64,000 bases of DNA, taken from the NCBI RefSeq assembly GCF_009914755.1, contig NC_060926.1, one strand, 5' to 3'. Both the position numbers and the translations under genes were made by a program. Positions 1-14,522 of this stretch are shown here, one piece after another. The notes beneath the pieces were generated by a model. It made no database searches, was not told where the DNA came from, and worked only from the letters and a program-made list of their open reading frames with translations. Numbering within the stretch: position 1 is the stretch's first letter; every line of letters starts with the position of its first letter. Origin of the DNA: the human T2T-CHM13v2.0 reference genome, Homo sapiens.

Positions 1-286
1 TTGCCCACATAGTCTTAGAGCAGCCCTGTCTCTGACTTATGCAGCTGGGGGAATATGTTTGACTTTAATCTCCAAGATTTTGCTCAATATTCTGATTCTC
101 AGGACACTCCTTAGGGTCCCTTGAAGATGGTGATAAAGCGCCTGCCCTTCTAGGACAGCAGGTTCCCCATTCTCCTTTCTTCTGTCCCCAGAGAATAGAC
201 CTGCTACCATCCTCACAGGATTTGATGCTTGCATCTCATTATATGGACTGGATTTGGGCTTTGGGGATTTTAAAATTATTTAATAT

Positions 287-960
287 TTCATTCAGCAAAG
301 ACATTTATTCAGTTCAGTTCTTGCTATGTACCAAGCAATGTAATTGGCACAGGGCTTACAAAGATGAATAAGACTTGGTCTGCACCCTCCAATAGCTCAC
401 ACTATAGTAGGAAGATGTCAATAAACAGGGCACCAATGAATAGGCGCTATCAGCAGACATATGCAGAGTGTAGACGAAGTCTTAGCAAGAGGATCGGGGG
501 TCCTACAGAGAGAAAGGCTTGAGGAGCTTCATAGAAGTCTCTTTAAACTAAGCTTTGAAAGACGACTTGGGGATTCACCGGGCCAGATGGGATGGGAGGG
601 AGGGAACGGGCAATCGAGCTGCTGGGCGGAGGTGAGCAGATGGACCGGATGCAAAGCATATGACACACCAGGGAAACTGTAAGTAGGTTCTGTGTGGCTG
701 GGGTGTAGGGAGGGGCTCAGCAAAGGAGGAGGCTGGAGAGGAGGGAAGGACCAAGATTACAGAAGGCTTAATGTGCTCTGCTCAGGAATCTGGGCTTTAG
801 ACTGTGGACGGTGGAGAAGCACTGATGGTATTATGTTACGAGGCACATGATCTTATTTTGTTTTAGAAATGTAAGTCTCTAAGAAGTACAGATTATAATT
901 TGGGGAGAGATTGAGGGCAGGGGAAAGTTAGGAGGATGTATTGGTACACAGTCCAGAGGG
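287..960 (-). mobile_element. L2 LINE fragment (3' part)
   Basis: Starts with TTCATTCAGCAAAGACATTTATT...CTATGTACCAAGCAATG, the reverse complement of the L2 3' end, followed by degenerate purine-rich L2 body. Boundaries approximate. Confidence 0.7.
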
Positions 961-1599
961 GATTGAGAATCTAAGGTTGCAGCCCTCGGTAAGAAAAAGG
1001 CAGGTTAATGATTGGAAAATCCATGTGTAGATAGTAATCACTCAAGATAAAGGCAAGAGTCAGGACGGCTTCTCTGTTACAAATGTTTGGGCTGCAAGAA
1101 AACTCAACTAATAGTGGAGTTTTTCCTCTCCAGTAAAGATTCTGGAACTACAGGCTGCTGACATTGGTTGAGAGTCACAACACTATCCGGGTTTCTGCTC
1201 TGGACATCATGCCAACATTCAAGGCAGGAAGAAAGGGGAAGAGGCAGCACAGGCAGTATCTGTCCCAGTTTTCTTTCCATCCCAACTGTCCGCTGTCTTC
1301 TGTCTTGATCAAGAAAAGAAAAGGAGCACGAAACAGTCTAAGCCTTATCAGAGGGCACCAGGAGGATAATGAAACACATCCCCACCACTGGAGACTCACG
1401 TTGAACTTGCCCAGGCTTTGTTGGTGCCTTGCTGGTAGTTTGCCATCTCTAGAAATCGAAAGAGCAAGAACAAGAGGCATGTATGTATGAGAAGGGTGTT
1501 TATGAAAGGGGCCTTGCCCCTAGTTTAAGCAACAGAAGCTATAAGCAAGGAAGCTGAGTCTGCTTCCTCAGGGACCTTTATAAGGAGAGCAAAGTGGCT

Positions 1600-1830
1600 A
1601 CTATTTATCAAGCAGTTTCTATTTGCTATGTGTCAGGCCACACTCTTCATGGCTTACATGCTTTTACTCCACTCATCTCAGATTCGAGGTAGATAGCATC
1701 ACCACATTTTGAATAAAAGAAATTGAAGCTCAGGGTGCTTCCACTGCCCAAGACAACCCAGCTAGCAAGTGGCAAGCCAGGAGTCGAACTAAGGCAGGAC
1801 AACTCTGAGGCCACAAACATGCTCAGCTGC
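1600..1830 (-). mobile_element. MIR SINE
   Basis: MIR core-like CATTTT...GAAATTGAAGCTCAG...GCCCAAGACAACCCAGCTAGCAAGTGGCAAGCCAGGAGTCGAAC. Boundaries approximate. Confidence 0.7.
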
Positions 1831-1887
1831 CTTGGTGCTGCTGGGTACAGTCTTGGCCCAGGAGAACCAAAGCCCTAAAGTCCATTA

Positions 1888-2185
<298 letters not shown>

Positions 2186-3904
2186 TAAAGTCCATCATAA
2201 GCTGAAGTTTTAAGGTTGGGAAAAATACTAACAACCAGAACAGGATCTTTCCTGACAATAACTTTCCCCTTAGCATCCTGTGCTCACAGCTCAGTAGCTG
2301 TATACGGGAAGGTCTCTGCACAGTTTAGAAACAGAATGCTTTTCCCTTTTCCTTATCATCTGAATGATTACCCTAAGTGTGTCCTGACCACCAGCTCCTC
2401 TTCTTTTCTTGTGAACAAGCATCAAGGGCTCCGAGATGTACTAAGTGCTATCAGGCCACAGGGATGACATCTTGAACTCTCCCTTGATTCCCACATCCAT
2501 TGTCAACTACCAGAGACTCATTCTGTCTTCCTATTAAAGCCACAGCATTAATATTCACTCCCAACAGTACCTCTATAATATTTTATATGCTTAAAACAAG
2601 TATAAATGTTGTTTATAATAATAGGGGGCCTGGAATTATAAATGCTCTTCTTAGAGAACATTTTTTAAAAAGATACTTTTTTTTTCTTTTATTTTTGTGG
2701 ATCCTGGGTACTTCAACAGCATGCTTAGTAGAATAAAGACAGCAAAGCCTGAGCACAATAGCTTTTGGGGATAAGAAGGTGAAGGAGGCTAGGCCTTTGC
2801 CCTGGGAGAGCCAGAGCTCTCGTTAGCATTATGTGCATCCTCTCCTGGGGGTTCTGACTGGGCCAGAGGAGCGGTCTCAGGCACACAGGAATTGCTTGAA
2901 TCAGATGCTGAATAATTGCCTTTAAAAAAATAACAGTTGAATACCTTTTCAAAAAAGATCGTGAAGTCTGTTCTGGGTGGCTTTAAATGAAGGACATTTG
3001 CTTATCTCCACAGTTGTTTCACTACAGCTCTAATGAAGGTGGGCATATGATTTAGTGACCTCGTAAATTCCTCTCCAGCTCCTGGATTCCATAATTCTGT
3101 TTCCTCTGTGGTGGATGAAAAGCAACCGTAGCAAACCTCTTTGGCTTCTTTATACTTTTCTACACTGTCATCCTCCTTGGCTTTAGAGTATACTGGTTAC
3201 CATGGAAACAGCAATGTCCTCACTGTGGACAGAACTTAATCACATCCAAAAGGCTGAAATAAAGTACATTTTTATCTTGGATTGAAATTTGTATTATGAT
3301 TCACGAAATGGAAGAGAGAAAGTAGAGGAAGAAAGCAGGAGGCTAAGAAGGATGAGAGGAGGGAGAAGGAAAGAAGCGGAAAGAAGGGAAGAGGTAGGAG
3401 CTGAAAATGATACCCCATGTGTCTGCCTGAAGAAACTGTCTGAGCGGAGCCTGTCGGTTGAAGTGCACTGCATCCCTTACTACAGGCCACACTGGGTCTC
3501 TTCCAGGTCTCACAAAGACTCTGTAAAACTAGAGCTGAGGCCGTCCAGGCAGGCTGCTACCCTGATGTGATTTGATATGTGCTTGCCCAAGATCATATCC
3601 CCCATGCACTAGTTGCCGAGACTGAAATCCCACCATGAGTGGTAAATACCCTTATGAATTGTTTTCAGTCGTGACACAGGTCCCACTAGTGAGTTAACAG
3701 CTTATGCCATGATCAACTCACATATTTGGAGGATATTCTGCTCAGATCCCTCTGAAGCCCTGGCAATTAGTTGAAGGACAAGTGCTCTGGCAATTAGAAA
3801 ATGCTTAATAAAGTTTCCAATCTCTAGAGACATTCCCACCTTCCTTCCACATCTCCCGGCCTGCTGATGTGTCAGCTGTTTCCTGCCATCTGAGCACCCA
3901 CCTC

Positions 3905-4067
3905 GGAACAGACCCAGGCTTGTGGGGTTTGAAGCTTAGATGATTCTGGACCCTCTTTAAGAAAAAGGATAGAACATTATGAGTATAAAGTTAGGCACAA
4001 GGTCTTGAAAGGGACACATGCAAATGAGGGGCTTAAGCATCAGTAGCTTCATGGTAATTTGCTTCTG
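3905..4067. mobile_element. short hAT-type DNA transposon fossil (Arthur1/MER69-like)
   Basis: CCAGGCTTGTGGGGTTTGAAGCTTA...CCCTCTTTAAGAAAAAG...AGCTTCATGGTAATTTGCTTCTG resembles a recalled hAT-Tip100 element. Family name uncertain. Confidence 0.55.
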
Positions 4068-5579
4068 CATCTACTATCTAATCTAATCTTTAAACAGTAC
4101 CACAGGTACGTGATTATATCTATTACCAGATAAGAAAACTGAGGCCCTATGCAAGTCATCAAAATTTACTTAAAATTACTGAAAATGTACTAGACCAGTG
4201 TGGTTCAACTGTCACTCCTTGAAACTGATAATTGGAGATTGATCATGGGAGGACGTCTCCACAGCTGGTTTTTTGCATAAGCATCAGTTGTAACACGCAG
4301 AATCAATCCCACTTTTCCAAAATGTGACTTTCATTTCCCCTCCAAATCCAAGCCAGCTGAGGGAATTGGATTTCAGCTGTGGTTGGAGTGCTGGAGATGG
4401 TATCGCATATCCCGCTTGAAAATAATTGATCGGCTTCCTGCAATGCATTGCTTGCTCTCGCCCCATGACAGAGATGAAAACTGAGACCATCAATTGGATG
4501 GCTGGTTAATATCCACAGGCAATGTGCATTCAGTGTATGAGGAACAGAAATCAGGGCCAGCCTACAAAACAGCTGGACAGGGCACTTTCTGGAGTCCTCC
4601 TGGTTGTCTTGCATTACATAGATCCTGTCAGAATGACAATGGAAACGGCCTTTTCTTGCCCTTATTAGTATTAGCACTGTTGTCCAGACTTTCATTTCAG
4701 CCCTAATCAATTTAATATAGCTACGTGCACAAACATCCTCACATGCAGAGTACCTAAGCATAGCTCCTCTAGTGTTGTCTTAGAAATGGTGGAAACTCAG
4801 AGGAGTCAGAAAAATGGAATACTCTCCTATCTCACACTCCACAGAAATCCACAGGGGGCACATCAGTGGAGGGGCTTTCAGCATGGTGTCTTACAATTGG
4901 CTAACTCTCAGCCCCAGCAGGGTGCACCAGTAGGGATCTAGCCAGGGCAAAGTCACAGAGAGCAAAGGCTGGAATAGCAGATGCTCCCCTTAAAGAAGAG
5001 AATGGGCAGGAGAATTGAGACCCCTGACTAGAATCCAGATTCACATATTGTGGGAGGTAGTTGCATCTGAGGCATGAAGCCTCCACTCGAAATTTATTTT
5101 AACAAGCCTTTCCTATGTTTTTTTCTTTGTCAGACAAAGCACTGTTCTAGGCCCCATAATGATAGCACAAGTTTATTAAGAGATTGCTAAGAGCTATGCA
5201 CGGGACAAAGTATGTTTATGTCTGTGATATAATTTGATCGACTATCAAATTTATTCTGACACCACCTTGAGGAAGAAAGAAAGCTAGGTAACTTTTTTTA
5301 CAGAAGAGAAAACTGAGGCTCCATGAGATTAAATAATTCTCAGAGTCACCAAGCTAGCCAATGGTGGAGTCAGGGTTCAAATCTAGTTCTATCTGACCCT
5401 AGAATCATTGCTGCAAACCTTGGTGACATTTCTGGAGTGGTTACAATGTGCTAATCCTCAGGCTAGCAATTTTCATAGTCTCTTCTTTGACCTCTACACT
5501 TATTTGTAAGATACTTTATTCCTGTCTTCCATGACTCTTTAATTTGGCATAGGAAACAGCATGTGGTAAATGAGAATTA

Positions 5580-5648
5580 TTAAATATATACATATATTTA
5601 ATATATATTATATAATATATAATATATATATTAAATATATGTATATAT
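5580..5648. repeat. (TA)n-rich low-complexity tract
   Basis: Imperfect TA repeats visible directly. Confidence 0.9.
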
Positions 5649-6899
5649 CTTCTCCAAAACAAGTCAGAGTAAAATAAATGTCAAAAGGAAGATGAAGAGT
5701 TCATCAAGTCAGTGGCTCAGAGATGGATTTTTAAGGATAGTTTGGATTTTCAGCCCATTGAATTGGCAAAACAGGGCATTCCCCATGGAAGGACCCATGT
5801 GAATAAAGACAGGGGCATGTCTGGGAATCAGCATATCTTGTTATTGTGGTTTGACCTACACATAGGTTGTATGCAGGGGAGATTTGGCTGGGGAGTTTGA
5901 CTGGCATTAATCACCAGTTAGAAAAGTTCTCAATTCATCTGGTAGACAATAGGAGAGAGATCATAAGGTCAGAGATAAACTTTGGAAAAGAAAACACTGC
6001 AGCATTTGTGGACAAGACCAAGGCAATCGTTTGCACAAGAGGTAATAAAAGGTCTGAATGTGGGTGGGGATAGGGAGGATGGAGGGAAGGCTCATGCAGG
6101 AGACACATCTGAAACACTGGATTTTATGTTCCAGCCTCTGCGGAAAAGACTCATACCATGCTCCTATTCACTCTGCCCCAGGGTCTTTACCCCAGAGCCA
6201 GTATCCCCACAGGAAGCCAGGAAGTGTCTCTGAGAGAGACTATGTCTTCCAAAAATGTTGAGCCCCCTAGAGAGCTAGAAGCCCTGCTGCCCACCTGGGG
6301 ATGGCCCATCTGCAATATTGACTGTGCACTGTTTTTCCCACATCTGTGAGCCTGGAATCCCAATGGGTAGGAAAAAGAATGGGTGAGCTAAGAGCTTAAG
6401 AAATGATTTCTGGGAGAGCATAGCAGAATGTACCCCTTGGGTCTGGCAGGACCATTGGTTATCATAGGACACAAAATCTGTATATTGTAAGCATAATTGT
6501 TTGACAGCTTTCTGTATTTTCTTCATTGTTTTCCATTTGTGCTTTCTTCGGTGGTGTTTTTAAAAATGAAGGTCCTTCTGAAAATTACTGCCTGTCTCAG
6601 CTATGCTGAAAGCAAATACAAAAATGAAGGATTTTTTCCCACTTGGATCCAAATTTTAAAGGTGGACTTGGAAATGGGGTGGGAGCAGGTAGGAAGGCCA
6701 GTGAGGATTTAGGGAAGAGTCAGGGTGAGCCTAAACAGCTATTACTTCTGGCCCAGAGAGTCTCCTGCCAGTCTGTGTCTTCCAGAGGGTTTGGGTTTTG
6801 TTTGATTACCTTACTTCTGGATACACCACGGACTTTTGGTGATTTGTTTATATAAGAATAGAGATTGAAGTGACCCTGAAGAACAAGAAGAGCTTCAAT

Positions 6900-7488
6900 G
6901 TGACTCCAGTGCTTTCCAGCCCTCCCCAGTTCCTCACCCGTGAAGCTGCCAGGGTGATCAATCTAAAAAGCAAACATTATTCATCACCCCAGAATAGAAT
7001 CTCTCCATGCTAACTAACCTGGTTTGATTCCCATTTACCTTTTGGGCTCATCTGCCCTACATATATTTTCTAGCCATGCTGAACTGCTTGATTTTTTTTA
7101 TCGTTCCTCCTCCTCATCTCCGTAACACGTGCACGAGTATATGCACGAACACATGAACACACACACACACACACATTTCTTGCCAAAGCGCCCATTCCCT
7201 CACTTAGAATGGCAAATCTTTCTCATCTTTTAAGGTATAGGAAGCCTTCCCTGACTTTATTCTGGCTGACTCAAATGCCTAATTTCCAGGCTCCTGCAAT
7301 ACCCGTAACACATGGCTACAATTGCACTTATTAACTTGTATCATCATCATCTGTTTATAAGTCAGTTTTCTGAACCAGACCATGGGCCATGGGCTCCTTG
7401 AACGTAAAACTGAATCTTCTTCATGTTTGTATCACTGTGTCCAATAGTCACTTATAGAGTTCAATGTATGTTTGAAGAATGAATGAAT
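6900..7488 (+). mobile_element. L2 LINE 3' fragment, containing a (CA)n at about 7157-7174
   Basis: Ends in TGTTTGAAGAATGAATGAAT, the typical L2 terminus. Upstream GCTGCCAGGGTGATC is L2-like. Confidence 0.65.
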
Positions 7489-9074
7489 CCTGGGAATTGC
7501 CTGATGTAGCACTGTTTCTGTGTAGAACCAACTTTAACGCAGAGATGTAATAATCATGTGCAAAAGGAGAAATAACACTCATATGGGGAGACTTTACACT
7601 CATTCCAAGATAAAGATGAAAATCACATTAATTGTTTAAGCATGGGCTCCATTCAGAACCTTCAGGTTGGGAGCTTTGAGCCCATTGGTATTTTATATTT
7701 ATTTACACATGGCAAAATCTGGTTTCCTGTTTTCAGAGAAAATGTTTTTCACAAAGCTTTATTAAAATGTTCAAACAGTCTCACAGACATCATATCTCTC
7801 TCACAACACAACTCTTTAGTATAAACAAATCAGAAATGCAAGGACTAAATTCCCCTTCTAGCATATGTGGGCTTAAAAAGAAAGCAACCATGCTTGACAA
7901 AATAAGCTCTGAGCTTTATTCCACCTCTGTTTAGATGGAAGCTCAAGACCCCCAGTCAACCAGAGATGCATCAAGGGCCCCCTATGCCAACTGCAAGAAA
8001 TCAGAGAAAGAGGGAGGGAATGCACGGAAGGAGATGAGCCAGAACAACACTTCAAGCCAAATGCTTTCATCTTCTACACAATAAGAGGAAAAAGCTTGAG
8101 TAGATGTCATTAGCACATCAGCTGGGCTGGGCACCCATTCTTATTTTTTCAAATAAATAGGCTTAAAAGCCAGGCCCTCTTATTACCAGTATATAATTCC
8201 TATCGACATGGAAAGGGGTAAGCAGGGTTTTTTGTTGTTTTATTTTTAAATGAATGATAGTTTGGGAGTCTGAAATCAGACACAGCAGGGAGAAAACAAC
8301 TGCATGTGTTTTCTCCGAAATGCAACAGTACACGCATATCGAAGTGACTGGCTGTCACCGCTATAATGTCACCATCTTCCCTAAAGTGAACAATTGGGAA
8401 ACAAACAATTGGGAAATTAGAAGATGGCTTTTTTGCGATTCTCCCTTCTGAAGGTCTAGACTGCTCTTGCTTATGTGTACAATAGATCCACTAACAAAGA
8501 AAATTTTGAAAGCACAGCACATATGCTCATCTGTACATTCTGAAAGCCACATGGGATTTTTTTTCCTACATTTTAGCTTACTTTCAGAAGCTGAAGCTGT
8601 CATTAAGTAAAGGGAAAAGGCTGCTTTCAAGCATGAATCATTTTTCACAGACTTCATTAAAATAAAATAAACGTCTTTGCTAGTTAGTGAAAGGCAGTCG
8701 GGGAGGGTGGGAAAGGAAACTCTAACTCTCCCTTCTGTGCTGAAGATAAGGAAAGATGGTTCCATTCCTGCCTTTTAAAAGAGGTGGAAGACGACACATC
8801 CATCCTAAAGACAGATAAAATGAAACACGAGGATGTCATTGGAGATAGACTGGCACAGGGACTCAAAATAAATCAACAGCAGAAGCACGGACAGAATTTC
8901 GGTTTTCTGATTCCAAGGCTAGTGTTTTGTACCCTAGGTTTAGGGATGCTTCCAAGTTTGAGGCCAGGTATAAGCAGTTTCCTACTTTATGTACAACATA
9001 TTCCAGAAAATGTTACCAAAATTGAAGGTTCAAAAACTAGACTCATATATTTTAAGGGAGCTTCTCTTCCCAGA

Positions 9075-9450
9075 TGACATGGTTTGGCTGTGCTCCCACC
9101 CAGATCTCATGTTGAATTGTAGTTCCCATAATCCCCATGTGTTGTGGGAGGCACTCGGTGGGAGGTAATTGAATCATGGGAGCAGTTGCCTCCATGCTGT
9201 TCTCGTGATAGTGAGTGAGTTCTCTGAGGTCTGATGGTTTGATAGGGGCCTTTTCCCCTCTTCGCTCTGCACTTCTCCTTGCTGCCACCATGTGAAGAAG
9301 GACATGATTTGCTTCCACTTCTGCCATGATTGTTAGTTTCCTGAGGCCTCCCCAGCCCTGTGGAACTGTGAGTCAATTAAGCCTCTTTCCTTTACAAATT
9401 ACCCAATCCTGGGTATGTCTTTATTAGCAGCGTGAGAATGGACTAATACA
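9075..9450 (+). mobile_element. THE1 (MaLR) solo LTR, THE1B/C/D-like
   Basis: TGACATGGTTTGGCTGTG...GGACTAATACA, TG..CA ends, perfect 5-bp TSD CCAGA (9070-9074 and 9451-9455). Confidence 0.95.
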
Positions 9451-9719
9451 CCAGATTTCTGAAAGATACTACAATATCAATCTTTAATTATAACTTTTCC
9501 CCCAACAAGTTTGACAATTTGAAATAGTTTATGCATCCCCTTTTAAATTTTCAAATATTTTGACCCATCAAAAATAATAATATAAAAACATCTGTGTGTC
9601 CACCATCCAGCTTAAGAAATAAGATATTTGAAATTTAGTGGAAGCCCCCAATATTCCTTTTTCCTCCCACACCAGTGACCACTCTCCAGAATTCAATGTT
9701 TATTGCTCGCTTTTATTTG

Positions 9720-9975
9720 ACAGATACAGGCATTCTGACAGGTGCTGTTCTATGTCATTTATAAAATCTTTACAAATACTAACAATCCTTATAATAACCA
9801 ATCCTTCTAATAACCCAGTGAGTTGGAGAGTACAGTTATCCTTGTTTAACAAAGGACAAAACTATGACACAGAGAAGTTAAGCAACTTGCCTAAAGTCAC
9901 ACAGTTAGCAAATTACGGAGCTGGAATACAAATATAGAAGTCTGGATCCTGAGTCTGTGCTGCTAGCACGCTGTG
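9720..9975 (-). mobile_element. MIR SINE
   Basis: ACAGAGAAGTTAAGCAACTTGCCTAAAGTCACACAGTTAGCAAAT MIR core. Confidence 0.8.
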
Positions 9976-9983
9976 CTACCCAA

Positions 9984-10057
9984 TTCCTTCCTTCCTTCCT
10001 TTCCTTTTTTCCTTCCTTCCTTCCTTTTTTCCTTCCTTCCTTCTTTCCTTTCTTCCT
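9984..10057. repeat. (CCTT)n / pyrimidine-rich microsatellite
   Basis: Direct reading. Confidence 0.9.
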
Positions 10058-11130
10058 ATTCGCTTATTTATCCATCCTTAAACAAAACACATTACCATTT
10101 CAGCATCATCATGATGCCATAATCATACAGTATATATTCTTCTGCAACTTGCTCTTTTCCTCTTAATGTTATATTTATGAGACTAATCCACATTGCTGCA
10201 GGTAGTTCTCACTCATTCATTTCATTGCAGATTATTACACCCCAGTGTGAACATACAGAATTCTCCATTTTAATGTCGATGGACACTTATGGGCCTCCAG
10301 AATGTTTTCCTATTACAAACGTTGTTATGAACATTCCTGTCCATGGTTCCTGTGCACACATGCATTTTTTTTTTTTCTCAAGGGTATTTGCAGGTGTAGA
10401 ATTGCTGGATCAAAGGGTGTGTTTATCTTTAAGCATATCACATATCACCAAATTATTCTCCAAAGAGGTTGTACTAATTCACACTCTTCCAGCAGATGAA
10501 TTTCCATTTTTCTACATTATTTGCAAAACTAGGTATTGTTAGACTTTTATAATTTTGTCATCTTCTTTTTAATTTGCATTTTCTTGATTACCAGTTAGGT
10601 AGAAGAGTCTTTTAAGTGCGCTCTTCTGAACACTGCTTGGTCACAATTTTTACCTTTTTTCTATTGAGTTGTCTTTTAAAATTAATTTATAAGAGTTCTT
10701 CGTGTATTCTGCCTAATAACCCATATCCGTTATATTCATTAGAAATATTTTCTTCCAAAGTGTTCTTGTAATAAATATAATGGACATGGGTTCTGAAGAC
10801 TACTCAAAAAGGCCAATACATATCCAGAAGTAGACTTTCAGAATCATAAATTTATGTTTAACTTTGTAGGAAACTTCCAGATAGATTTCTAAATTGGTTG
10901 TAATACTTTAAGCTCCCCCCTAGTTGCTCCATATTCTTACTGATATTTGGTGTGGTCAGTCTTTTTAATGTTAGCCATTCTAGTGGGTGTGTACTGATAT
11001 CTCCTTGTTTCAATCTGAATTTCCATGATGATTTATGATGTGCATTTTTCCTTTGCTTCTTGGCCACTTGTATATCTTCCTTGTGAAATGTCTGTTAGAT
11101 GTTTTGCCCACTTTGAAAAATTAGGTTGCT

Positions 11131-11444
<314 letters not shown>

Positions 11445-12458
11445 TAGGTTATTTGCCTTTTTATTATTGAGTTGCAGGAATTGTAGTGTGTGTATATAGA
11501 TAACATATATTGGGAATCTTTTATCCCAGTATGTAGCTTGCCTATTTACTTTTTAACAATGTCTTTTGAAATGTGGAATACTTCCAGTTACTCTATTTTA
11601 TCAGTGTTGTGTGCATCAGTAATTTCTAGGGATTCTGTCTAAGTAATCTTTGCCTATTTCAAATTTGTACATATGTTCTCTTACGTATTTATCCAGAAAC
11701 ACTAAAGTTTCAGCCATAATGTTTAGGTTATATGATCTATCTCAAATTAATTTTTTTGTGAATGTGAAGTATGTCAATTTTTTTTCTTCCATACATCCAG
11801 TTATTCTTTTTCATTTGTTGAAAAGATATTTCTTTCCTAGAGATGTTTAGGTGCTTTGTCACCTTGGTCAAAATCAACTAGTCATATAAGTGTAGGTTTA
11901 CTTCTGGTCTCTTTATTTGTTTCCACTAATCTCTTTGTCTACCTTTTCAGCAATACTAAACTATCTTAATTACTGGAACTTGCGTTTAATCTTAAAATTA
12001 GATAGTTTAAGTCTTCCACTTTTGTTTTGCTTTTTCAAGATGGCTTTGGCTATTCCAGGTCCTTTGCATTTCCATATAAATTTGAATCGATTTACAAGTT
12101 CTACAAAAATCCTGCTGGGATGTTGATTGCTACAGCATTAAATCCACAGATCAACTTAGATGAAGTGCATTAAACCTACAGATTAACTTGGCAAAAAGCA
12201 GACATCATAACAGTATAGAGTTTTCCAATGCATGAACATGGTATATTTCTCCATCTGTTTATGTCTCCTTTCATTTATTTCAGTACCGGTTTATAGTTTT
12301 CATTATGGAGTTTTCATTACATATATTTCATAAAATGTGTTTTTCACTGTATTGTATTTCTGATAATATTTTAAATGGTATTTTTAAAATTTTTCATTTT
12401 TTTGTTGCTGAATTATAGAAATGCAATAGTTTTTTACATAGTGACCACGCATCTTGCA

Positions 12459-13334
<876 letters not shown>

Positions 13335-14394
13335 CTAAATTCACTTATTAGTTCTAATTATTATTTCATCGACCCTAAGATTTTCTACCTATACAATTAT
13401 GTTGTCTACAAATAAAAACCAGTTTTACTGTTTACTTCCCATCCGTATTCCTTTTCATTTGCTTGTTTTGTTTTATTGCACTGACTAGGAACAGGAATAC
13501 AATGTTGAATAAAAGTAATGATATTGCCTATCCTTTCCTTGTTCTCCTTAGGAAGAATGTGTTCAATTTTTCAGCAAAGAGTATAATGTTAGCTGTAGTT
13601 CTTTGTAGATGTCTTTCATCAGGGTAAGGAAATTCTCTTTTGATTCTAGTTTCCTGAGGTTTTTTTTTTTTAAATCAGGAATGGAAGTTGAATTGTTTTA
13701 AAATGTTTTCTCTATTTTTAACATGATTATATTACTTTGATGATTTACATTAATTAATTTTATAATGTTAAACCACCCATGAATTCCTGGCATAAAGCCA
13801 ATTTGGTCATGAAGTATTATCCTTTTCATATATTGCAGAATTAAATTTGTTAATATTTTCATAGGGAGATTTGAATTAATATTTATGAGAAATATTGTAT
13901 TTTATTTTAATGTCTTTTTCTGGTTTCAGTATCAGAGTTATGCTAGCCCCATGAAGTAAGTTGAAATTGTTTCTTCCTCTCTATATTATAAAAATGTAAA
14001 GTTATTATTTGTATCTTAATGTTTGATAAAATTCAACAGTGAAGCAATCTGGGTCTAGCATGCATTTGCTTTGCTTTTAATTTATTAATTTAATATAAAT
14101 TTGTTACTATATTTTAATTACATATTAAATCTAATGGATATAGGGCTACCCAAATATTCTATTTCTTCTTGTGTCCATTTCAGTATTTACTGTCTTTCAA
14201 GAAATTTTCTATATTATATAAGTTGCCAAATTTGTTGGCATAAAATGTTTCATAATATTTCCTTATTGTAATTTTAATGTAGACGATATGGATAGTAATT
14301 ATTCCTCTTTTATTCTTGATATTGGTTATTTGTTGGGTTTTTCTTTTAGCCTATGAGTTTATTTTTATTAATCTTTCAATGAATCAACTTTTAT

Positions 14395-14522
14395 GTTTAT
14401 TTTTGTAGAGATGTGGTCTCACTACATTGCCTAGGCTTGTCTTGAATTCCTGGGCTCAAGCAATCCTCCTACCTCAGCCTCCCAAAGCACTGGGATTGCA
14501 GGCATGAGCCACCATGCCCTGA
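14395..14522 (-). mobile_element. Alu left monomer (FLAM_C/AluJ fragment)
   Basis: TTGTAGAGATGTGGTCTCACTACATTGCC...GGGCTCAAGCAATCCTCC. Confidence 0.85.

Noticed and set aside
589-610. G-quadruplex motif GGGATGGGAGGGAGGGAACGGG
   Set aside because: Real pattern, but it lies in a decayed L2 with no promoter context and such motifs are very common.
4340-4395. Possible pre-miRNA hairpin
   Set aside because: Pairing is mostly due to two palindromic CAGCTG boxes, the stem is bulged, and I recognise no mature miRNA.
4303-4761. 152-aa minus-strand ORF in unique sequence
   Set aside because: No recognisable domain or coding-like composition. Length is compatible with chance.
4848-4861. CTCF-like site TCCACAGGGGGCAC
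   Set aside because: Only the 3' half matches the consensus. Similar partial matches at about 36375 and 43746 also fail key positions.
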